A stretch of 64,000 nt of DNA from a virus: positions 39,676 through 103,675 of IMG/VR virus record IMGVR_UViG_3300037502_001322; one strand, 5' to 3'. The notes beneath the pieces are model-generated. The model worked only from the letters and a program-made list of their open reading frames with translations, did no database searches and was not told the origin of the DNA. The position numbers and the translations under genes were made by a program. Position 1 is the stretch's first letter. Each line of letters begins with the position of its first letter. Below are positions 51,376 to 61,169 of the stretch, piece after piece.

Positions 51376-51552
51376 ATGGGACTTGATGAAACTAGGATAA
51401 TTATTAAGTATGAAGAGTTTGAAGGTGAAAATTTGTTTATCGGAAAAATAAAAGGACTTAATGACATAACTGAGTTTGCAGATACCTATGAACAATGTTA
51501 TAATCTGTGTCTGTCAACATTAGAAACTTATGAGGAGTTTAATGGTGCATGA
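51376..51552 (+). CDS. Stand-alone HicB-like antitoxin domain (58 aa; not in ORF track)
   Basis: SD GGAGG; RIIIKYEEFEGENLFIGKIKGL.DI.EFADTYE....L....LE. Confidence 0.55.
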   Translation: MGLDETRIIIKYEEFEGENLFIGKIKGLNDITEFADTYEQCYNLCLSTLETYEEFNGA

Positions 51553-51922
51553 ATTGGTTCCGAGTTGTGTAGACGTTTATATACTCACTCAAGAAATAAA
51601 CCGCAAATTTACACAAGGTAAGGTGTGCATTGTATTCCACCCTAATAAGTATACATACTTCAAATACTTACTTGTGGGAGGGACTAGATCATACAAATAC
51701 GGTAAGCTTAGGTTTCATTCTTCAGATTATTTAAATCTTCCTATTATTCCAATAAAAAGCTATTTCTTAAACATGACTAACCCCACTAAAGAGGAATTAG
51801 ATTATATAAATATGACCCACCCCAACATATCTCTCGAATATGTCAACACTTATAGCAAGGATATTAAAAACATAGGGGAAAGTCTTTATTGGGATAATGT
51901 GATTAAATTTTTATTTAGATGA
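51530..51922 (+). CDS. PTxEExDY-motif family protein 4 (start probably 51542)
   Basis: YFLNMTNPTKEELDYINMTHP. Confidence 0.72.
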   Translation: MRSLMVHELVPSCVDVYILTQEINRKFTQGKVCIVFHPNKYTYFKYLLVGGTRSYKYGKLRFHSSDYLNLPIIPIKSYFLNMTNPTKEELDYINMTHPNISLEYVNTYSKDIKNIGESLYWDNVIKFLFR

Positions 51923-52022
51923 TTAAGGAGAGTTACGCACATCAGATTAACTCTTTTAAAGAAGAGACTAAAGCAACTAAGTGGGTGAAATCTAAATATA
52001 AACGATAGGGGACAAATAAACA

Positions 52023-52391
52023 ATGATAGTTAATGGTGAACGTAGAAATAGATTGTGGGACCATGCAACAAACCAGCCTTGGAGTATGTTGTATGATAGA
52101 GGTTGCCCATCAAAGTCGTATCAATACTACTCAGAACTATTTAACATTGGAGGTAGATACTATTTCGTCACGCCATCAGTGTTTAAAGATTACATGGGAG
52201 ATATCTTTAATCCGACAGAAGACGAGAAGAATTATCTTAAACTTCTCATGGATGAACTTGTTTGGTGTTACTGGTTTGATTGGGATAAATTTAAAGAGTT
52301 AGCAAGAAATGATATTAAAACACGTCAGTATGCAACAAACAAATTTTACACGAGAAGGTGTAAAATATTGCACGAATATGGTTGGGAGTAA
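52023..52391 (+). CDS. PTxEExDY-motif family protein 5
   Basis: YMGDIFNPTEDEKNYLKLLMD. Confidence 0.68.
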   Translation: MIVNGERRNRLWDHATNQPWSMLYDRGCPSKSYQYYSELFNIGGRYYFVTPSVFKDYMGDIFNPTEDEKNYLKLLMDELVWCYWFDWDKFKELARNDIKTRQYATNKFYTRRCKILHEYGWE

Positions 52392-52394
52392 TAA

Positions 52395-52931
52395 ATGAAA
52401 GATGAATTTTATTTAGTTAGAAGACTGCTTCTATCAGGGGAATATGATTATAGAGTTACAGTGTCCCCTGATATTTTTGCTGATGTGGTCTGTGAGTTAA
52501 CTGAATATATTAAAGATTACAGCATTCCTGTACAAGAAGAGTTAGATTACTTCGAGTTAATATACGGAGAACAAGCAAGGGTTAGTGTTGAAACCTCAAT
52601 AAGGCATAGGAACCACGCTATTAATATTCTTAATAAGATAAAGGAGAGTAAAAAAAAAAAAATGAGAACAAGAGTGAATAGTTTATGGTTATCAAGAGTA
52701 AGCAGGAGTTATAAAAGAGATAGTATATATGTAGGACAGATATCACCTGTATTGGCTTATAGTGTAGAGAATATATTACCCTACTTTGAAGATGTTAATA
52801 ATATAAAACAAGAAGAAATAGATTATTTCAGATTGACTCACACAGAACAAGAAACTGAAGCTTTGATTATATTTATTAAACAGGAGAATAGATTAGATGA
52901 GCATTATAGAGATACTTATAGAGTCACTTAG
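52395..52931 (+). CDS. PTxEExDY-motif family protein 6 (two units joined through an A13 tract)
   Basis: YIKDYSIPVQEELDYFELIYG and YFEDVNNIKQEEIDYFRLTHT. Confidence 0.72.
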   Translation: MKDEFYLVRRLLLSGEYDYRVTVSPDIFADVVCELTEYIKDYSIPVQEELDYFELIYGEQARVSVETSIRHRNHAINILNKIKESKKKKMRTRVNSLWLSRVSRSYKRDSIYVGQISPVLAYSVENILPYFEDVNNIKQEEIDYFRLTHTEQETEALIIFIKQENRLDEHYRDTYRVT

Positions 52932-52963
52932 CTTCATGTTATTAATAAGATAAAGGAGAATAA

Positions 52964-53233
52964 ATGGAAAGAATATTCTTAATAAAAGCTTTACACGAAG
53001 AAAGCAGAAATCCTTATAAAGTGACTTTAGATACATCTTTACAATACAGAGGAAGTGTGTACGAGAAGCCTATGGAGATAACGCAACACTTCAAAAACTG
53101 GCAACACCCGTCTGTAGAAGAGTTAGAGTATTTTAATATTGTTTACGGAGAGTTGGCTCTTGAAGCTTATGGAATTTTCTTAGACACCTTTAGAGAAATA
53201 TTGAAAAGATTTATGGAGGATAGAGAGTTATGA
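52964..53233 (+). CDS. PTxEExDY-motif family protein 7
   Basis: HFKNWQHPSVEELEYFNIVYG; SD AAGGAG. Confidence 0.72.
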   Translation: MERIFLIKALHEESRNPYKVTLDTSLQYRGSVYEKPMEITQHFKNWQHPSVEELEYFNIVYGELALEAYGIFLDTFREILKRFMEDREL

Positions 53234-53502
53234 GTCAAGTTAAGTACTACTGCTTAAAATGTAGAAGAACTAACAATTGTTTGTGCGGAACAACTGAACT
53301 CAGGTTTACTATATCACCTAAACTTAGAGTACCTTCATCAGAGAACAAGGTTAAGTTTCGTAAATTTTTGGATGACTGCCCGATATTTCCTAACTGTGTA
53401 CCGGACAAGCTTAAACCTTTGTTCTTAGAGTTACTGAGAGAAGTGAAGTATTTTAATAAAATAATCAACAGGCTTAAATGGACTTACTTGGAGAAGAAAT
53501 GA
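53230..53502 (+). CDS. Cys-rich hypothetical protein
   Basis: ATGA-coupled; CxxC..CxC. Confidence 0.55.
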   Translation: MSQVKYYCLKCRRTNNCLCGTTELRFTISPKLRVPSSENKVKFRKFLDDCPIFPNCVPDKLKPLFLELLREVKYFNKIINRLKWTYLEKK

Positions 53503-54029
53503 ACAATAAGTTAAAGATTTATACAGGAATAGGTTCACGTAATACACCTGAAGATATTGGTGATATAATGAAGAAGTTAGCTTCTAAGCTTGAACAAGAA
53601 GGTTGGAAGCTTCGCAGTGGTGGAGCTGGTGGGGCAGACTCTTTCTTTGAAGCAGGAGTAACTTGTATTAATAACAAACAGATATACATTCCATGGAAAT
53701 CCTTCGGTGGACTAACACACAGTATTGTTGTCCCTGGTGATTATAAAACCAAAGCTGAACAAATAGCTTCTGAAATTCACCCGGCTTGGAATAAGTGCTC
53801 AAGAGGAGCTAAAGCTTTACACACGAGGAATGTGTGCCAAGTGTTAGGAGCTGATTTACAAACACCATCTAAGTTTCTTGTGTGTTGGGCAGAATCTTCA
53901 GGTGACTCAATTAAAGGTGGAACAAGAACTGCTTGGGAGATAGCTAAGATGCACAACATTCCTTGCTTTAACTTAAAGAATGAATTAGATTATGTTAGGC
54001 TTATGAGTTACATGGAGAATTATGAATGA
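53499..54029 (+). CDS. DprA/Smf-like (SLOG) Rossmann-fold protein
   Basis: YTGIGSR.TP, LRSGGA.GAD..FE, RN..QVLG, GGT..A. Confidence 0.8.
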   Translation: MNNKLKIYTGIGSRNTPEDIGDIMKKLASKLEQEGWKLRSGGAGGADSFFEAGVTCINNKQIYIPWKSFGGLTHSIVVPGDYKTKAEQIASEIHPAWNKCSRGAKALHTRNVCQVLGADLQTPSKFLVCWAESSGDSIKGGTRTAWEIAKMHNIPCFNLKNELDYVRLMSYMENYE

Positions 54030-54310
54030 AACCAGAAAGTCTTTACTTGAGAGAAGACGTTATCACGTCGACTAAACACCCAATTAAAGTTGTGAGCACA
54101 GCAAATGTCGTTTGGAAAGAAACAGGACTGACCTTTGCAAACTTGACTCTAAATTTTGAAAATATTATTGATTACTTCAGTGATTGCACACAACCAACAC
54201 AGCAAGAATTAGATTACTTTGAATTGAATCATGGTGTTGATGCAAGAAAAGCTTTTGATGCATGGTTAGATAAACACGATACACAGCTCAACTATAGTGT
54301 TCCTATTTAA
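54026..54310 (+). CDS. PTxEExDY-motif family protein 8
   Basis: YFSDCTQPTQQELDYFELNHG. Confidence 0.75.
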   Translation: MKPESLYLREDVITSTKHPIKVVSTANVVWKETGLTFANLTLNFENIIDYFSDCTQPTQQELDYFELNHGVDARKAFDAWLDKHDTQLNYSVPI

Positions 54311-54757
54311 AAACAGAATATTTTCTATGCTATGGTGTGTTATTAGGTCTTTCTCCGCCACAAACATAACACACCAATTTATATTCATAATTTGTCTCAG
54401 CCCACAACATACCAAAGCATTAAGTTCATTCTGCACTAAACCTCTCATAAACTGCACTCAGTTAAAATCCTGTAAATAACAACCTGCAATCAGCACTATT
54501 CAGGTGATGTTCAAACACTGTTCAAACACTATTCAACCCTGAGAATATCTGCACTCAGAACAATTCAGCTTACCTACTCTTCTCCTTTCAGTCGCCTTGA
54601 TGGTGGCTGCACTCTGTACAAATTATATCGAACTGTTGAGACTGCAATTTGTGCAGATTGACATAAAATATCAAAACTTTATGCAGTGTCTTGCTTTTGG
54701 TCTAACCTCTATGTATAATACTCTTACCGCTTAATATATATTGTGATAGGAGTGTAA

Positions 54758-55936
54758 ATGAAAAACAATGGTGTGGAGAAGTGGACTGAAGTAGTTGAAG
54801 AGGGTTTTGAGGGAAGGTATATGATTAGTAACTTCTCTAGGGTATATGACACTAAAACTGAGAAGTTTGTTGCTCAAGTTCTGACAGGTAATCCGAGCTA
54901 CTGGTATGCTAACTTATCTCCAACACAAGAAGGGTTTAGGCGCAAGTTGTTCAGAGTGCACAGACTTATGATGTTGTCTTGGGAACCTATAGATTCTCCA
55001 GAAAGTTTTGTGGTTGATCATATAGATATTAACCCTTATAACAACTCATTGTATAATCTCAGATGGGTAACCAAACGGCAAAACACAAATAATTCCAGAT
55101 GTACGGTTTATGTAGACTACAAAGGAATATCTACTCCACTCTCTTATGCTGTAGAGCAAGAACTGGGAAGCAATTATAAAACAGGTTTAATTTCTATTTA
55201 CTCTAAAATCGTAGAGAAAGGCATGACGTTCAGTGCGGCTATAGCAGACTATAAAGCTTATCTTAACGGAGATAAGGAAATCAAAATCACACACCAACAC
55301 AAAGAACACAACCTGAAGGATTTCTGTGAGCAGTATGAGTTAGATTACAAACTGTCAAAATCGAGATTGGATTATGGATGGAAGTCTCACGAAATATTGT
55401 CAGGATACTCTGATTTTAAAGGTGAGGGGTATAGCTTCTACGTCGAAGAACAAGAAAAAGGGATGTGGTTTCCTAATAAAGCTAGTCTTCTTAGGTACGT
55501 TGGGACTCCTCATTCTGATAAAATTGCAGGAGATGTAAATGAAGACAAACTAAAGGAATTGTATGTCAAGCACGTAATACACAAAGGTAGAGAGTTTAAG
55601 CATATAGTTATAAATAATCACCAATACACTTACTATAATATTAACCATCTACTAGAGCAAATTGGGATCAGTAGAGGAAGATTTGACGCTGTTAATGATG
55701 TATGTAAAGACTTATGTCAGACCATCACTGAATGTCTTAATACTAAACCAAGCAGAATCAGGTTTGTTGAACTGGACGGTGTATATATGTCAGTAAAAGA
55801 TTTATACACTCACTTCGGGATAAACCCTAAAGCCGCTAATAACTTAAAGTCAAAGAACAGATTAACAATAGAACAAACACTACAACGATATGGTGTTGAT
55901 ACTAACAGTATAGAAATAAAAGAAGCCACTAAATAA
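54758..55936 (+). CDS. NUMOD4-HNH homing endonuclease
   Basis: W..V..Y.ISN..RV; VHRL..VDHID.N..NN...NLRWVT..QN. Confidence 0.85.
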   Translation: MKNNGVEKWTEVVEEGFEGRYMISNFSRVYDTKTEKFVAQVLTGNPSYWYANLSPTQEGFRRKLFRVHRLMMLSWEPIDSPESFVVDHIDINPYNNSLYNLRWVTKRQNTNNSRCTVYVDYKGISTPLSYAVEQELGSNYKTGLISIYSKIVEKGMTFSAAIADYKAYLNGDKEIKITHQHKEHNLKDFCEQYELDYKLSKSRLDYGWKSHEILSGYSDFKGEGYSFYVEEQEKGMWFPNKASLLRYVGTPHSDKIAGDVNEDKLKELYVKHVIHKGREFKHIVINNHQYTYYNINHLLEQIGISRGRFDAVNDVCKDLCQTITECLNTKPSRIRFVELDGVYMSVKDLYTHFGINPKAANNLKSKNRLTIEQTLQRYGVDTNSIEIKEATK

Positions 55937-58016
55937 TTCAATTGAGCTACTACATATTTCATATATGTTTTAGCTCTTTTTATTTGATTTAATTTTAATA
56001 TCCTCTCCACAATTACACAACTCAATCAGCGCAGTTTCTTTCTTTATGATTAATTAAGTTTCATCAGTTTCATACCTTTCTGTACGTCTTATACAAACCA
56101 TACTATACCCTTTCCAAATATAAATTCTGCCCAACCCCCCATTTTCAAGATTCACTTTTAGAACCCTTCTCTGTGCAATTTCCTGAGAAATATCAATAGT
56201 ATCAATAACTTATATAGTTGTAGCTTGTTGATATAATCTTTCTATTTAATCTTATCAGCTCTACGTCCGAATCGTTAAGTCCTTGCGGTACGTGACCCAT
56301 GCAGAACCTTAAGTTTTCTCGAATATCAAGCACTCTCTTATACCATTTAAGCATAGACCTTCATTACTTAGAACTTATTAAAAATTCTATTGACAAACGG
56401 TGTAAATGCGCATACCCAGCCCCTTTCAAAGTTATTTATCAAGAATTTCTTGTCAGCATTTTATATGGTTTCACCTTAAAACACAGGCATTACATTAGGA
56501 AGCTCTAATTGAACATAACTCTATCTTATACGTGTTATAGCTTTATCTAAATTAGAGATTACTTAAGAACAAGAACATTATGCTGTGGTGTTGAATGATA
56601 ACTAATCTGCCGTGAACAAAAGCATTAATCTAAACAATAACTATTCTCATTTAGATTTGCATTTAGTTTCACTCTAACATTCAGCTATGATTCAAATGAT
56701 ATTGATTATCATTAAGTTTCTCACTTAGTTTGTGATTAATGAAGCCTGTAGGCTTCGGTGCTCCAGCACCTTTACATTTATATTTCAATTTGAAAGTATT
56801 TTTATAGCCGACTTGCGCTGAATGTTCCTTGGGAATCAATTGATAGGGTGATGAAAGGGATTTGTTTAACAAATAACAACAAATGAAACAAACAGTAACA
56901 AATTATAACAAATAGATAAGAGAATGAATGATTACAATACAAATGAAACAAGTTATAACAAACAAATAGCTAATGAATTTAATAACAAATAGATTACATA
57001 GATTACTTCGAATTAATATAAACAAGACATGATAAAGAATGTTCAAGAGATAACTTTCAATAAATAGCTTTACAATTTAATTTAATCGTGAATTCATTGT
57101 TTAATTACATTGTTTGAACCTCATTGTTAAAATTAAGTTAAATTATGAAGTTAACTTGTTAACAAATTGAATTAGCTTGTTAACAAATAGCTAACATATA
57201 AGGCAGAGAATTAGCTAATGCTAATTCATTAACAGCCGAATGGCTTGTTACTGCCTTATATGTTGCGCCCTGCGCAAGCTTGGGCGCAACATCAAGCCAT
57301 TGCGCCGTTGGCGCTGGCTTAGGTTATCTTATAAAAGACTACGGAAAGGGTACGAAAATAATATTAAAAGGTTTTGACTTTATAAGTTAACTGTGAGTGT
57401 AGGATTGATTAATTCAATGATGTTTTTATTTCTTGTTTTCTCTTTTGTTTTGTATTAGCTGTTATGAACCCCGATTGTCTTTATTTAAAAGGAATTATGA
57501 CTTGATTGACATTCAGTTAGTTTATGTTTTGTCAATAGATTAATGCTTGTTTATTGTCATTTATTTGATGCTGACTGTGACTATCTGGTGTTCTTATGGT
57601 GTTGAATAACCAACGAATAACCGTTAATTTGTTATTCACTTATAAACCTATATTCAAATAGTTATTCATTTATTTTAGTTGCTCTATTCACTTCACTGCA
57701 TAAACCTTAGTTTCCTTTGTTTGTTGGTTAGCGTTAAACGCTCTATAACTCATCCTAAGCGATTGTAGTCCTACCCTAAGCCAGTGTATAGGGTGCCTTT
57801 GCATATGCTCACAGGAAGCGATTGAGAGCCTATCTTTTTATTCATTTTTAGTGTATAGATAGTTAATTTATTTTGGCATTAATCTTGCAACATGTTTGTA
57901 GCGCGGTTGACTGAATTATCACTGAATTAATATTAACAATAATGCAAATGATAGTAATAATCGTTTAGATTATCATTTAAGGTTATAGGTAAATAAAAAG
58001 CCCCGAGGGGCTTTTG
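55937..58016. other. 2-kb non-coding convergence region with phased repeats and hairpins (candidate origin or genome-end region)
   Basis: No credible ORFs; AACAAA repeats on the left, TTTGTT-rich on the right; central inverted repeats at 57193-57300. Confidence 0.5.
57995..58015. terminator. Bidirectional intrinsic terminator
   Basis: AAAAGCCCC-GA-GGGGCTTTT. Confidence 0.75.
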
Positions 58017-58328
58017 TTAGCAATGAGACGGCATATGGTTTTCGGTGCAATATTTGCATAAGGCGGGAACATCCGCAGCCCAGATAGGCATAACACCCTT
58101 TGCTGATTTGTACTGCTCTAAGGCTACTGCTTGGATAAAGTACTTAACATCCTCTGTGGAAGGCTTCAGGGTAGTCCTGAGGTGATTGTAATACTCATAA
58201 GCAGAAGAAAAACCATTATCCTTGAAGTATCGCATCCGGTGCTCAGCTTCAGATTTTGCATTCTCCCGAACTTTCCACATAACGGCGGTTTGGACATCAG
58301 AAGGAAGAGAAGAAAATTTAACGATCAT
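58017..58328 (-). CDS. Early hypothetical protein
   Basis: ATG at 58328 after AAGGTG; upstream promoter TTGCAC-17-TATTAT. Confidence 0.55.
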   Translation of the reverse strand: MIVKFSSLPSDVQTAVMWKVRENAKSEAEHRMRYFKDNGFSSAYEYYNHLRTTLKPSTEDVKYFIQAVALEQYKSAKGVMPIWAADVPALCKYCTENHMPSHC

Positions 58329-58666
58329 GATAGTCACCTTAGAATCTCCGCCTCGGGTCCGTTCCCCTTGGCTATGTGTTAATAATAGCAAAGCCCCGCA
58401 CAGGGTGCAAGGCTTTTTAAAGATATTTATTAAATTATTTGTTTTTAGTTTATCAATGTTGTGCTTGATTAACTTAGTTCACCCACTGCCGACCCCTGGC
58501 TTTCTTCCTTTCTTGTCGTTTGTTCTTCTCCTGAATCTTTTCTTGTTTGGTCATCGGTTGTTTATGTTTGCTGTCGTATGATTTAGCCATTGTCTTTATT
58601 CCTTGTTTATCAGTGTTGAATTATGTTTCAGTTATTAAACGGGGCATTTACCTTCCCGTTAGGGTT

Positions 58667-59113
58667 TTAATTACTTTTAATTTCTACATCGCTTTCAAAG
58701 TCTTGTTTGGTATATTTCAAGATTTCTCCATCCTCAGTAAAGTAAAGGTAAATATACCGATTATCCTTATCATCCACAATGCAGTGCCAGTCCCTTACTG
58801 TATGATCCTTAAGGATGCGAACAGTTAGTGCGTCCCCTTCATTTACGTTATTCCAATTAGCTTGAATATACATAGTTTAACCTTTTAAAGTTAGTTCTAA
58901 TAGTTGTTCGATCTGTCCTTTTGTACCTTCAAGGCTTATAAAAGGCTCCATCTCTAACATCGCAGCACCACAGAAGAAAGCTTCCTTTTGTGTGCTATCT
59001 AACACTGGGGTCTTGTGTGTTGTCCGCTCTCCTGTCTTTTTGTCTTGTGAGTAATAACCAACGACATAAAAACGCGGTTTATTCATTTCTTTAAGCTTTT
59101 TGAAAAGTGACAT
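58667..59113 (-). CDS. Two early hypothetical genes (58667-58873, 58877-59113)
   Basis: Packed minus-strand ORFs with AGGT SD. Confidence 0.55.
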
Positions 59114-59174
59114 AATGTTAACCTGTTATTTGGTGATGGTCGGAGTATTCCGGCCTTGTTAATTAACCTGTCAG

Positions 59175-59627
59175 TTAACCTACACAGAAAACTGTATATT
59201 CTCCGGTATCCTCTTCTGAGCCGTCATATCTTGAAAAGTGATGTCCAGCTCCATCTGCTGAAATGTATTTCTTAACCAATTCGGATAACATTTCGTCATT
59301 AGCAGCGATAATCATTCCTAACGCTTCGTGACAATCCGCCGCCTGAATCTTTTCAATTGCTTCTGCCGGGATACTCATTACATCCGCCAAAAACCAAGCA
59401 TTGAAGCAACCCAAAATATATTCATCGTTTGAAAGTTCATCTTTCATAACTGACTCAATTTCGGAGTTTTCAATAATCCGATAATCCCGGCCGTCAAAAC
59501 TAACTTCAAAATCATAACCGAACTCAGACTCCACAGTTTCAATAAGTTCCTTAACTTCACTGTAAGTGTACTCACCGCCAACATGAGAAACAATAGCTTT
59601 AACAACGGCTTTGATTTGAGTTTTCAT
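59175..59627 (-). CDS. Early hypothetical protein
   Basis: Own promoter; acidic; ADG.GH.F..YDG.E motif. Confidence 0.65.
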   Translation of the reverse strand: MKTQIKAVVKAIVSHVGGEYTYSEVKELIETVESEFGYDFEVSFDGRDYRIIENSEIESVMKDELSNDEYILGCFNAWFLADVMSIPAEAIEKIQAADCHEALGMIIAANDEMLSELVKKYISADGAGHHFSRYDGSEEDTGEYTVFCVG

Positions 59628-59685
59628 AATGGTTCACCTTCGTTTGGTTGATATGCCTGACAATCAGGCGGTTAAATCTTAATTT

Positions 59686-59747
59686 GGTTTTCCTTAACAA
59701 GTGAACCTATTATAAAGGCTCACTCAGTAAAGATCAACAGTTATTTT
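59686..59747 (-). promoter_or_regulatory. Repeated early promoter with -10 in a hairpin loop (copy 1)
   Basis: TTGATC-17-TATAAT; GTGAGCCT/AGGTTCAC arms; near-identical to 63151-63211. Confidence 0.75.
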
Positions 59748-59760
59748 CCTTGTCTTCAAT

Positions 59761-60051
59761 TTAAAGATGATAAAGGTTAGGTTTACGTCCTTTTCCTTGC
59801 TTGTCCACTTTTCCAACAATCTGACAACCAATAGCCTTAATCATGTTGTTAAGCTCCGATTCGATATGCTTAACCGAGCCGTTACCTTGCCATTGTTTGA
59901 TTTGCAATGCAAGGCTTTTCTTAACATCAGATACTGTAAACTTCTTGTCAGCATAAACCTTTTGCAAGTGCTTTTGAAGAGTGTTAAGCCGCTTTTGTCG
60001 TGCTTCTTTGTTATAAGAGCGTTTCTCTGTTTGAGTATGCATAGTAATCAC
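59761..60051 (-). CDS. Basic winged-helix-like early protein
   Basis: C-terminal GKGRKP.LY. Confidence 0.55.
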   Translation of the reverse strand: MITMHTQTEKRSYNKEARQKRLNTLQKHLQKVYADKKFTVSDVKKSLALQIKQWQGNGSVKHIESELNNMIKAIGCQIVGKVDKQGKGRKPNLYHL

Positions 60052-60081
60052 CTCTTAATTGTATTTTGGGTTTAACAAAGT

Positions 60082-60618
60082 TTATTCATTAATTTCTAGT
60101 GGTTCTGCGTTAATCACTTCACAAAAATAGACACCGTTGAACTTTTGCTCCATGACTCCAATATTAAGAATCTGTTTTACAATCATACACTCTTCAGGCG
60201 TTTCATACACATATTGACTATGTGTTTCGACGGTACCATTTAGGTTAAAAGTTACAACCAACATATAAAGAAATTTCATAATAATCACCTTTCAGGTTAG
60301 AGCGGGGACCTAATTTCCCGCTTAATGTTGATTTCTGTTATCTAATATAAACTAACTGGTTTTCCGTTGCAAGCTTTTATTTGATTTATTTTAAATTATT
60401 TTCGATTTAGTGTTATAAGTAATAACTTCTACTTTCGAACCTTTTGCATTTTCCAAAACGCTGATCCGTTTGTCTTGGTTAGACCGACTAACAACATCTG
60501 ACAGATCCCGAGCCCAACGTTTAGTTGCCAGTTGCCCATGGTCATGCTGCTGGCCGAAATTAACAGAGCGCATCTTTTGACGTGAAGAGAAAAATATTTT
60601 CATAACTTTACACTCCAA
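60082..60618 (-). CDS. Two early hypothetical genes (60082-60288, 60391-60618)
   Basis: Minus-strand array; promoter TTGCAA-17-TATATT between them. Confidence 0.5.
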
Positions 60619-61169
60619 AGAAATTAATCAAATAAACCCAAACAACAATTGACATTGCGAAGATTACAGGACCGATGAATATTTCCGTATAATCTTTAAA
60701 CCTAAGCTTATCCGCAGTTTTATGATTGTGCAAGTTATTTTTAAAGGTATTATTGTTAAAATCAAGCTTCTGTAAATTATCATATTTTGTCAACATGATG
60801 TCACCTTTATTGAATGATCCAATATTAAGGATTCTATCAGAACGGGCCGGAGCCCGCAAGTTATTATTTCTTATCTTGTGAGTCACAAATGCTTTGTTTA
60901 TTCAGTTCAGCACAACGAGCCAGATATTTCTTCTCATCACGGCCTTGTTTTAACCCAAACTACAACAGCACCAGTGACTACCATAACAGATAACATCATC
61001 ATAACAAAGGGCAGGGCGTTGATAGTGAATTCGAACATTGTCTTATCTCCAGTGGTTGGTGTATCCCGTTTCGTTAAAGTAACTATAACAAAGCATAAGA
61101 CAGGGTGCAAGGACTTCTAAAGAAATTTCTTAAAATTCTATAACGATTGACGGTTAACCTGTCACTAAC

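Noticed and set aside
56299-56872. Short ORFs in the non-coding convergence region
   Set aside because: No SD, atypical composition; likely spurious.
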